21,797 nucleotides of DNA. It comes from Spirochaetales bacterium (GTDB lineage Bacteria; Spirochaetota; Spirochaetia; SZUA-6; JAFGRV01). Position numbers and translations under genes: made by a program. The stretch spans positions 1 through 21,797 of the forward strand of contig JAFGRV010000293.1 of assembly GCA_016934975.1 (NCBI GenBank), in the 5' to 3' direction. This document shows, in pieces, positions 7,661 to 16,062 of the stretch. The notes beneath the pieces are model-generated. The model saw only the letters and a program-made list of their open reading frames with translations, was not told the origin of the DNA and did not search any database. Every line of letters begins with the position of its first letter. Position 1 is the first letter of the stretch.

Positions 7661-9275
7661 CGTTTCCCCTTGTGAGATTAATCCAGTATTTCCCTGTTAT
7701 TTCCCTGAGATGAGAACGGACATAGACCCTCTCTATCTCCACATATCCGTCTTTATAACAATTAATAATTGAATAACTATTTCCGTTCATATCCAGATAA
7801 TCCTCCGAACAAAGGGAGCCGCAGGAAGATACTATTGTATCTTCGATTTGCAGGGAAAATGAAATATGATCGTGACCGGTAAGAATAAAATTAATTTTAT
7901 TTTCCGGGAGAGTAAAATTCTTTATGACGGCGCCGGAATCACTGAGCATTGAATCTATCCTCGATTTTGGGTGGGGAATAATATTGTTATAAAAAGCGAC
8001 AATATTGATTCCGTAATCCGTTTTATTTTTGAGGAAATTGATGGTCTCAAGCATTTTTTTTCGCCCGATATTTCCATTTCCGATGGTCCGGTCGATGGAA
8101 TTAATCCCTATAACTCTTAAGTCGTGATCCTCGTAAAAAGGATCCAGAGGCCCGATCCATTCCTGAAATAATTCCCAACCAAAGGTCTGAAGATCATTAT
8201 TCCCCGGAATTATGAGTTTTGGATGCTTTATATGACTGAGCTTGGAAGAGGCTATCTCAAATTCCGGCAGCTTATTTGAATTCGTCACATCCCCTGAATG
8301 GATCACAATATTCGCTTCTATTTCATTAATCTGACGTATTGCTTCCTGATAAATTTCTTCCATAAAATTGGTATGAGAAAAGTGGGTATTGGCGATATGA
8401 ACAATACGGACAAAAAGGTCTTTATCTTTTGCAGATTTATTGTAGTGGAAAGCCCTGTTAATATATCTTCCTCTTTTTATATTCACATCATCCATTATTT
8501 TTCTTGTATTAAACGTAAGGGAATTCTTGTAAATATCCATGATCGTGTATGTGAATAACTCCCTGTAGCGTGTTTTATTACTGGATGTTGTTCCCGAGTT
8601 AAAAATAACAAGCTCTTTTTCACCGTCTGTGCAGGAATAGACATTGGAAATATGCCGGTGTCCGTTTAAAACAATATCCACATGAGATTTAAGTATCATT
8701 TCCAGGGTATCCCCTGCATCAATAATTGCGGATCTTTCACGTCCGGTCAGGGGAATCGGGATTAATGGATGATGAAAACACAAGATTTTCAGTTTATCTT
8801 TTTTTGATAAAAAAATTTTTCCGATTCGTTCGTTTGTTCTTTTCCCGATCCGGCCTTCATCCATATCAGGTATGGAACTATCGAGGCCGAGAATGTAGAA
8901 ATCATCGCCTTCGATCTCAAAGGTTCTTGAGCCGAACATTTCTTCGAAAAGAAGGTACCCGACATTTTTCGCGTCGTGGTTGCCGGGGATAATAAAAAAT
9001 TTATCATTCATGCACCGTTTTAAACAGGTGATGGCGTATTCATAATCCAGGAAGGTCCCGCTGTGTGTCAAATCCCCCAGGTGGATGACATAATCCACAT
9101 TCTTCACTTTTTCTATCTCTGTCAACGCCTTCTCAAACATGGAAAGATTAAACTCCCCACCTTTGGTAATATGAGTATCGGAAAGCAAAACGATCCTCAT
9201 TCTCCGGGCTGAGAGATCGACTGATCTCAGTTTATGTTTGTATCTCGCGTAATGGGGATAAAGATTTTTATCCAT
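7650..9275 (-). CDS. Tandem (two-domain) calcineurin-like metallophosphoesterase
   Basis: Domain 1 carries the canonical motifs LLSDTHI, HLGDLTHSG, IPGNHD, FHHP and NGHRHI. Domain 2 carries IANTHF (Asp to Asn in motif I), HSGDVTN, IPGNND (GNHD His to Asn) and TGHDHIS. The gene starts 11 nt after the gltD stop with a GAGG just upstream. Confidence 0.85.
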   Translation of the reverse strand: MDKNLYPHYARYKHKLRSVDLSARRMRIVLLSDTHITKGGEFNLSMFEKALTEIEKVKNVDYVIHLGDLTHSGTFLDYEYAITCLKRCMNDKFFIIPGNHDAKNVGYLLFEEMFGSRTFEIEGDDFYILGLDSSIPDMDEGRIGKRTNERIGKIFLSKKDKLKILCFHHPLIPIPLTGRERSAIIDAGDTLEMILKSHVDIVLNGHRHISNVYSCTDGEKELVIFNSGTTSSNKTRYRELFTYTIMDIYKNSLTFNTRKIMDDVNIKRGRYINRAFHYNKSAKDKDLFVRIVHIANTHFSHTNFMEEIYQEAIRQINEIEANIVIHSGDVTNSNKLPEFEIASSKLSHIKHPKLIIPGNNDLQTFGWELFQEWIGPLDPFYEDHDLRVIGINSIDRTIGNGNIGRKKMLETINFLKNKTDYGINIVAFYNNIIPHPKSRIDSMLSDSGAVIKNFTLPENKINFILTGHDHISFSLQIEDTIVSSCGSLCSEDYLDMNGNSYSIINCYKDGYVEIERVYVRSHLREITGKYWINLTRGNGDE

Positions 9276-9286
9276 GCCTCATTTTA

Positions 9287-10714
9287 TCACCCTTTCAAAT
9301 AACAATCAATCGCTTTGCCGGCTTCGACCCCGTGATAAATCGCGCGTACAACAAGGGAAGCACCGGTTGTGGCGTCTCCCGCTGCAAAGATCCCGGGAAT
9401 TCCTGTGGCATAATGATTATCAATCTGAATATTCCCTCTTTTATCATATTTTACCCCCAGGTCATTCAATAATCTCCCCTGCTCCACGTGGAGAAATCCC
9501 ATGGCGAGGAGAACGAGATCGACCTTAAGGGTGAATTCCGAGCCCTCAATCTCGGTCATTTTTACAGGTCTTCCGGAACCGTCTGTTTCCCAGGCAACGC
9601 GGCAGCATTCTGCTTGTTCAACGCGAACATCTCTCCCTGAGAATTTTTTCGTGAGGATACTCCATTCCCGCTCCACACCTTCTTCCTGTGAGGAAGACGT
9701 TCTTAAAATAGCAGGCCAATCAGGCCAATCAGGGTTGTAATCTTCTTTCCATTCCTTTGGCTTCGGTAAAATCTCATATTGATAGACCTTTTTTGCACCC
9801 TGACGAATCGCCGTGCCGATGCAGTCGGATCCCGTATCTCCCCCGCCGATAACCAGAACCCGTTTATTCCTGGCAGAAATAATATGATATGGTTCGATTT
9901 CCCCGGATACAACTTTATTCGATTGTGATAAATATTCCATGGCAAAATGAACATTTTCAAATCCCCGGCCCGGGACAGCTAAATCCCTCGGGGCTCCGGC
10001 ACCTAAGGCAAGAAGAATAACATCAAAGGATTTTCGTAAATACCGGACGGAAATATCCTCGCCGATAATCACATCAGTCTCAAAACGTATTCCCGATTTT
10101 ATACATTGATCGATCCGGCGGTCGAGAATCTCTTTTTCCAATTTAAAATCCGGGATACCGTAACGGAGAAGACCCCCGATTTTCATAGCCTTTTCAAAAA
10201 CAGTCACCTGGTGCCCCTGTTTTCTTAAGTACATGGCCGCTGCCAATCCTGCGGGACCGGAACCCACAATCCCGATTTTCTTTCCGGTTTTATGGAGGGG
10301 AGGTTCAGGCTTAATCCACCCTTCCTCAAAAGCTTTTTCGATAATGGCGATTTCTATCTGTTTGATGGTGACAGGGCTGTCATTTATCGAAAGGGTGCAG
10401 GAGGTTTCACAGGGTGCGGGACAGATCCGTCCGGTTATTTCGGGCAGAGGATTTGTGATTTCAAGGCGTTTTAATGCTTCGTACCATCTTCCCTTATAAA
10501 CAAGATCATTCCATTCGGGAATCAGGTTATAGAGGGGACACCCAAGGGCATGACAGTAGGGAATACCGCAATCCATACACCGGGACCCCTGCTCTTGTAT
10601 TTTTTCCTGTGGAAGATACACCTTGAATTCCTTATAATTCTTTATCCGTTCTTCCACGGGGAGGGATGTAGAATGTTCGCTTTTCTTTTCTAAAAATCCA
10701 AATATATTTCCCAT
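9287..10714 (-). CDS. gltD: Glutamate synthase (NADPH) small/beta subunit
   Basis: N-terminal Fe-S Cys clusters (CMDCGIPYCH..C, CPAPCETSC), the dinucleotide-binding GIVGSGPAGLAAA and a second GGGDTGSD. It is 475 aa. Its start overlaps the stop of the large subunit. Confidence 0.93.
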   Translation of the reverse strand: MGNIFGFLEKKSEHSTSLPVEERIKNYKEFKVYLPQEKIQEQGSRCMDCGIPYCHALGCPLYNLIPEWNDLVYKGRWYEALKRLEITNPLPEITGRICPAPCETSCTLSINDSPVTIKQIEIAIIEKAFEEGWIKPEPPLHKTGKKIGIVGSGPAGLAAAMYLRKQGHQVTVFEKAMKIGGLLRYGIPDFKLEKEILDRRIDQCIKSGIRFETDVIIGEDISVRYLRKSFDVILLALGAGAPRDLAVPGRGFENVHFAMEYLSQSNKVVSGEIEPYHIISARNKRVLVIGGGDTGSDCIGTAIRQGAKKVYQYEILPKPKEWKEDYNPDWPDWPAILRTSSSQEEGVEREWSILTKKFSGRDVRVEQAECCRVAWETDGSGRPVKMTEIEGSEFTLKVDLVLLAMGFLHVEQGRLLNDLGVKYDKRGNIQIDNHYATGIPGIFAAGDATTGASLVVRAIYHGVEAGKAIDCYLKG

Positions 10715-13700
10715 TACCTGTATACCTCTTCTGTAATTGTCAAGACTTCCGTCTCTTTTAATTCATATTTCTTCAGCCGGTCCAGGGCCTTTTTATAATC
10801 AACAGGGAGCACCTTTACGAATTTGGGAAACATCTCCTCCCAATCCCGCACTATTCGTTCTGCATAAGCGCTTCCCGTATATGTTACATGCCTTTTAATA
10901 ATAGTATACAAAAACATTTTTTCCTCTTCTTCCACAATCGGTTCAAGATCCACCATCTCAAGATTACACTTCGTATCAAAAAGCTGATTTTCGTCCAGAA
11001 CATAGGCGATACCGCCGCTCATTCCGGCGGCGAAATTGATCCCCGTATTTCCCAGTACCACAACCCGGCCCCCGGTCATATATTCACAGCAATGGTCGCC
11101 CACTCCTTCAACCACGGCAAGTGCGCCGCTGTTTCTTACTGCAAACCGTTCTCCCGCCATACCATGGATAAATATTTCACCACTCGTTGCCCCGAATAAC
11201 GTGACGTTTCCGATAATAATATTATTTTGAGACCTGTAGGAAGACCCCTTTTCCTGATACACAATGATACGTCCCCCTGACAAACCTTTCCCGAGATAAT
11301 CATTCGCATCACCTTCCAATTCAAATTCAATACCACGGGCGAGAAAAGCCCCGAAACTCTGTCCCGCTACTCCGGTAAATTTAACTTTGATCGTATCTTC
11401 GGGTAAACCCACGGAACCATACCGTTTTGAGACTTCATAACTTAAGGTTGCACCTACCGAGCGGTTTGAGTTCCTGATACGGACCGACAGGTTCACCGGC
11501 TCTTTTTTATTCAGGGCGTTTTGTGCTCTCTCAATCAGGTCCCGGTCGATGGTCGTCGCGGCAGGGTGTTCGTGTTTTTTTGTGCAATAATAATGATCCT
11601 CTCCGGTAATCCGGGGTTTCATAAAAACCTTACTGAAATCCAATCCCTGCACTTTCCAATGTTGGACAGCATGATTGACCTCCAGCCGATCGACATTTCC
11701 CACCATCTCGTCGATGGTGCGGAAACCTAATTCCGCCATGATTTCTCTTGTTTCGGCCGCTATAAAACGCATAAAATGAACGAGATACTCAGGTTTTCCG
11801 TGGAACCGCTTCCTGAGGGTTTCATCCTGGGTCGCGATTCCCACGGGACAGGTATTCAAATGACATTTCCGCATCATAACACAGCCGAGGGTAACAAGGC
11901 ATATGGTGGCAAAACCGAATTCCTCCGCACCTAACAATGCGGCGATCACGACATCTCTTCCCGTACGGAGTTGTCCGTCCACCTGTACTCGGATACGGTC
12001 CCGCAATTTATTCAAAACTAATGTCTGTTGGGTCTCTGCCAGACCGATTTCCCAGGGAATCCCGGTATATTTAATAGATGATAAGGGAGATGCCCCGGTT
12101 CCGCCGTCATGTCCGCTGATGAGCACCATATCCGCTTTGCCTTTTGCGACACCCGCGGCAATTGTTCCCACACCCACTTCGGAAACCAGCTTTACCGAGA
12201 CCCGTGCCTGGGGATTCGCACATTTCAGGTCATAAATGAGCTGGGACAAATCTTCTATGGAATAGATATCGTGATGCGGGGGGGGAGAAATAAGCATAAC
12301 ACCGGGAGTGGAATGACGGACCTTTGCGATCGCCTCATTCACTTTATGCCCCGGCAGCTGCCCCCCTTCCCCGGGCTTGGCCCCCTGGGCCATCTTAATC
12401 TGGAGTTCCCTGGCATGGGTAAGATAGTTGCTCGATACCCCAAACCGGGCAGAGGCGACTTGCTTGACCCGGCTCATTTTCGAATCACCTGTTTCCGGTT
12501 CATTATACCGGAGTTCATCTTCCCCGCCTTCACCGGAATTGCTTTGGGCGCCTAACCGGTTCATGGCGATTGCGATTGTTTCATGAACCTCTTTGCTTAT
12601 GCTTCCGAAGGACATGGCGGATGAAACAAAGCGCTTTACAATCGATTCTACCGGTTCTACTTCGTCGAGGGGAACCGGGGTGCCCGTTTTAAAGGAGAAC
12701 AAACCCCGTAATGTACATAAATTCTTATCATGATCATTTATGCATGCTGCATATTTTTTATAAAGCTGATAATCATTTTCCCGTGTCGCCTTCTGTATGA
12801 ATACGACCGCCTCGGGGGTTAAGAGATGTTTTTCCGAAAAACGCCGGTAATGATAATATCCCCCGGATTCGAGGATATTCTGAGGGCAGGGCATTTCGGC
12901 AAAGGCCCTCCCATGTCGTGCCAGTATTTCCTTTTCAATAACATCAATCCCTATCCCTTCGATTTGGGAAGAAACCCCCGGGAAATATGTATTAACAAAG
13001 TGTGAATTCAGGCCGACAGCCTCAAAAATCTGGGCACCGCGATAGCTTCGTATTGTGGAAACCCCCATTTTGGACATCACCTTTAAAAGCCCTTTTTTCG
13101 CGGCGGTTATATAATTCCCGATAAGGGTCTCTAATTTTAGTTCCCGGGCGAACTTGTTATTCTCCTTCAAAGAGGATAAGGTTTCAAATACCAGATAAGG
13201 ATTGATAGCACTCGCCCCGAACCCGATTAACACGGCAAAATCCATGACTTCTTTCGCCTCTCCCGTTTCAACCACAAGACCCGCAAGATGTCGTTTTCCT
13301 TTCTTTATCAACCAATGATGCACACTTGAAACAGCCAGCAAGGCCGTAACCGGGGCATTATCTTTATCAATCCCGCGGTCCGTCAGAATTAAAAGGGAAT
13401 TACCTTGATCGACTTTTTCTTCCGCTTCCTCACAGAGCCTCCGGAGGGCTTTCTCGAGTTCATGTGAACCGGTATGGGCCGGAAAATGCATCGGCAGTAC
13501 GGCAGATGAAATACCATCAACATTAATAGTACGCAATTTATCCATATCTTCATTACTGAGAATAGGATGAGACAATTTCAGCTGATGACAATGCTCCGGG
13601 GTTTCTTCCAGCAGGTTGCTTTCCTTGCCGATAAAACTCATAAGGGACATAACAAGGTTTTCACGGTAAGGATCGATGGGCGGGTTCGTTACCTGGGCAA

Positions 13701-15246
13701 AAAGCTGCTTAAAATATCTGTACAGAAGCTGGGGTTGATGCGACAGGACGCTTAAGGCCGTTTGATTCCCCATGGAACCGATGGGTTCCTGGGCATTTTC
13801 CGCCATGGGGATAAGGACCATAGTGATATCTTCTTCCGTGTACCCGAAGGCTTTCTGATTGATACAGAGGGATTCTTTCTCGAACCTCACGGGCCCGGGC
13901 ACCTGGAAGAGACCTTTTAATTCAATCCGGTTCTGTTCAAGCCACCGTCTGTAAGGATTTTTCCTGGAAATAGCCGCCTTGATTTCGTTATCCTTGATCA
14001 CCCGGGAGACGGAGGTATCGACCAATATCATTTTCCCCGGTGCCAGTCTTCCTTTTTGCAATACATCGGAGGCTTTAATATCCAGAACCCCGACCTCGGA
14101 AGCGAGAACAACCATTCCGCTTTTTGTTATCACATAACGAGCCGGACGCAGACCGTTCCGGTCCAGGGCGGCCCCGATCCTGGTTCCGTCGGTAAATGCA
14201 ATCGCCGCAGGCCCGTCCCAGGGTTCCATGATCGCGGCATGATATTCATAAAAGGAGCGTTTGTCCGTACTTATATGATATTTTGATCCGAAGGCTTCGG
14301 GGACCATCATCATCATGGTATGTTCGATCGATCTCCCCGCGGAGGTCAGTAATTCGAAGGTATTATCGAATAAAGCGGAATCACTACCCCCTTCGGTGAC
14401 GATGGGAAATAACTTTTTTATGTCTTCCCCGAAGGCAGATGAAGAGAGGGTGTATTCCCGTGCTTTCATTTTGTTGATATTTCCCCGCAAAGTGTTTATT
14501 TCACCATTATGGGCGATATACCGGAAGGGTTGTGCCAATGGCCAGGAAGGAAAGGTGTTGGTACTGTACCGTTGATGTATTAATGCAAAGGCGCTGGTAA
14601 ATTCAGGATCCGCGAGGTCGGGAAAAAAGGTCTCGAATTGAGGTGCCACAAACATGCCTTTGTACACGATGGTTTTACTCGAAAAAGAAGGTATATAGAA
14701 ATCCGGAAGTTCCAGGTTCATCCGTATTGCTTCTGATTCCAGGCATTTCCTGACAATATATAATTTTCTTTCAAGAGAAGCTTCCCCGACACCCGGGAAT
14801 TTGACGAATACTTGTTTCATAAAAGGCATTGATTGTAATGCAATATCACCAAGACATTCGGGACAGACGGGAACCTCTCTGAATCCTAATACATCTCCCT
14901 TTTCTCTTTTCACAATCCTTGAGATCATTTTTTCCGCTTGTTTTCGTTTCTCTTCATTTTGCGGGAGAAAAAGGAAACCGAGACCATAGGTTCCTTTTTC
15001 AGGCAGGGTAAATCCTTCTTTTCCGCATGCCTTTAAAAAAAATGAGTGTGGTATCTGAATGAGCATTCCCGCACCATCACCTGTTTTAGAATCGCCTCCA
15101 AGGGCTCCCCTGTGAACCAGATTCTTAAGCATGGTAATGCCGTCTGTTACCATCTGATGAGTTGCTTTCCCTGAAATATTCACCACAAATCCGACACCGC
15201 AGCTATCGTGTTCATAAGATTTATTATATAATCCTGTATTATTCAT
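10714..15246 (-). CDS. gltB: Glutamate synthase large/alpha subunit (Ntn-amidotransferase, FMN/3Fe-4S central domain and GXGXG C-terminal domain)
   Basis: N-terminal MNNTGLYNKSYEHDSCGVGFV (class-II glutamine amidotransferase, Cys1 after Met removal). It is 1510 aa with central FMN-domain motifs and a C-terminal GXGXG-type repeat region (GATSGEIFIHGMAGERFAVRNSGALAVVEGVGDHCCEYMTGG). Confidence 0.97.
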   Translation of the reverse strand: MNNTGLYNKSYEHDSCGVGFVVNISGKATHQMVTDGITMLKNLVHRGALGGDSKTGDGAGMLIQIPHSFFLKACGKEGFTLPEKGTYGLGFLFLPQNEEKRKQAEKMISRIVKREKGDVLGFREVPVCPECLGDIALQSMPFMKQVFVKFPGVGEASLERKLYIVRKCLESEAIRMNLELPDFYIPSFSSKTIVYKGMFVAPQFETFFPDLADPEFTSAFALIHQRYSTNTFPSWPLAQPFRYIAHNGEINTLRGNINKMKAREYTLSSSAFGEDIKKLFPIVTEGGSDSALFDNTFELLTSAGRSIEHTMMMMVPEAFGSKYHISTDKRSFYEYHAAIMEPWDGPAAIAFTDGTRIGAALDRNGLRPARYVITKSGMVVLASEVGVLDIKASDVLQKGRLAPGKMILVDTSVSRVIKDNEIKAAISRKNPYRRWLEQNRIELKGLFQVPGPVRFEKESLCINQKAFGYTEEDITMVLIPMAENAQEPIGSMGNQTALSVLSHQPQLLYRYFKQLFAQVTNPPIDPYRENLVMSLMSFIGKESNLLEETPEHCHQLKLSHPILSNEDMDKLRTINVDGISSAVLPMHFPAHTGSHELEKALRRLCEEAEEKVDQGNSLLILTDRGIDKDNAPVTALLAVSSVHHWLIKKGKRHLAGLVVETGEAKEVMDFAVLIGFGASAINPYLVFETLSSLKENNKFARELKLETLIGNYITAAKKGLLKVMSKMGVSTIRSYRGAQIFEAVGLNSHFVNTYFPGVSSQIEGIGIDVIEKEILARHGRAFAEMPCPQNILESGGYYHYRRFSEKHLLTPEAVVFIQKATRENDYQLYKKYAACINDHDKNLCTLRGLFSFKTGTPVPLDEVEPVESIVKRFVSSAMSFGSISKEVHETIAIAMNRLGAQSNSGEGGEDELRYNEPETGDSKMSRVKQVASARFGVSSNYLTHARELQIKMAQGAKPGEGGQLPGHKVNEAIAKVRHSTPGVMLISPPPHHDIYSIEDLSQLIYDLKCANPQARVSVKLVSEVGVGTIAAGVAKGKADMVLISGHDGGTGASPLSSIKYTGIPWEIGLAETQQTLVLNKLRDRIRVQVDGQLRTGRDVVIAALLGAEEFGFATICLVTLGCVMMRKCHLNTCPVGIATQDETLRKRFHGKPEYLVHFMRFIAAETREIMAELGFRTIDEMVGNVDRLEVNHAVQHWKVQGLDFSKVFMKPRITGEDHYYCTKKHEHPAATTIDRDLIERAQNALNKKEPVNLSVRIRNSNRSVGATLSYEVSKRYGSVGLPEDTIKVKFTGVAGQSFGAFLARGIEFELEGDANDYLGKGLSGGRIIVYQEKGSSYRSQNNIIIGNVTLFGATSGEIFIHGMAGERFAVRNSGALAVVEGVGDHCCEYMTGGRVVVLGNTGINFAAGMSGGIAYVLDENQLFDTKCNLEMVDLEPIVEEEEKMFLYTIIKRHVTYTGSAYAERIVRDWEEMFPKFVKVLPVDYKKALDRLKKYELKETEVLTITEEVYR

Positions 15247-15310
15247 ATTTTCTTTCCCTTTTCATGAGATGTACACAATAATAACAAATAAAAATCCTTT
15301 AGTAAATACT

Positions 15311-15327
15311 CAGCAAATACTATACCA
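15311..15327 (-). promoter_or_regulatory. Candidate sigma-54 -24/-12 promoter for gltB (minus strand: TGGTAT-N5-TTGCT)
   Basis: The reverse complement of 15311-15330 reads TGTTGGTATAGTATTTGCTG. GG and GC have the correct 12-nt register and the -12 TTGC is intact. The -24 is weaker than consensus. It lies ~65 nt upstream of the gltB ATG. Confidence 0.3.
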
Positions 15328-15378
15328 ACAGCTTCACTGTACTCCAAAGTGACTCAAAACAATACTATTTTACATGAA

Positions 15379-15395
15379 CGCACAACTTCGGTGCA
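15379..15395. promoter_or_regulatory. NtrC-type enhancer dyad (GCAC-N7-GTGC)
   Basis: cGCACaacttcgGTGCa matches the TGCACC-N5-GGTGCA architecture, and the right half GGTGCA is perfect. It lies between the divergent gltB and glnB promoters, ~200 bp upstream of the glnB sigma-54 promoter. Confidence 0.5.
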
Positions 15396-15595
15396 AAATA
15401 ATTTTTCCTTATAATTTATGCACTTATTATATGCAATAGTGATGCGCCTTTTCAGTACTTATTCCACAATAATTAAGAAATAAACGCATTTTTATCATAT
15501 ATTTACAGCAGAAAATCTATTCTAACCACTTAATTTTTAATATTTATTGTATTCACGAACCTATTTATTCATTTTTGCATATCACATCCATCAAT

Positions 15596-15610
15596 TGGCA
15601 TAATAATTGC
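15596..15610 (+). promoter_or_regulatory. Sigma-54 (RpoN) -24/-12 promoter upstream of glnB
   Basis: TGGCAT-aataa-TTGCT is a near-perfect match to TGGCAC-N5-TTGCW. GG is at 15597-8 and GC at 15609-10. It lies ~80 nt upstream of the glnB ATG. Confidence 0.7.
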
Positions 15611-15691
15611 TTAAACATATATCGAATCACGTATTATAAATGGAAATCCGGAGAATATTCAATTGTCCGGAAAACATAACAGGAGGCATCT

Positions 15692-16033
15692 ATGAAGCTG
15701 ATAATTGCAGTGATCCGTCCCGAACAATTGTCTGATGTAAAAGAGCAATTAAAAGAAGCAAGTGTAAACCTTATGACAGTTGTTAACGCGATTGGTTCGG
15801 GAAGACAAAAAGGATATCCGGAAACCTATCGCGGTATTAAACATGAAATTAAGCTCCTTAATAAAATCGAACTCCAGATCGCGGTAAACGACGATTATGT
15901 GGAACCGACAATTAAAGCAATCATCCGGGGAGCAAAAACAGGTCATATCGGAGATGGGAAAATTTTTATCACGCCAATTGAAGAGGTGGTGAGAATTCGA
16001 ACATCGGAACGCGGCTCCAGAGCAATTGGTTAA
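15692..16033 (+). CDS. glnB: PII nitrogen regulatory protein (GlnB/GlnK family); the T-loop lacks Tyr51
   Basis: 113 aa, strong AGGAGG SD. T-loop GSGRQKGYPETYRGIKHE aligns to the E. coli GFGRQKGHTELYRGAEY. Q39 and K58 are conserved, but a His sits at the Tyr51 uridylylation position. The C-terminal GDGKIF...RIRT is conserved. Confidence 0.92.
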   Translation: MKLIIAVIRPEQLSDVKEQLKEASVNLMTVVNAIGSGRQKGYPETYRGIKHEIKLLNKIELQIAVNDDYVEPTIKAIIRGAKTGHIGDGKIFITPIEEVVRIRTSERGSRAIG

Positions 16034-16062
16034 AAATTATTATCAAATAAGGAGGATAATAT

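Noticed and set aside
10888-14989. Numerous 60-150-aa plus-strand ORFs inside gltB
   Set aside because: They lie antisense to a 1510-aa gene with unambiguous GltB motifs. None has an SD or any domain signature.
15247-15691. Possible glutamine riboswitch (glnA RNA motif) in the nitrogen-control intergenic region
   Set aside because: I could not find the conserved E-loop/pseudoknot sequence of the glnA motif by eye. The region reads better as DNA-level sigma-54/NtrC control. A covariance-model scan would be needed.
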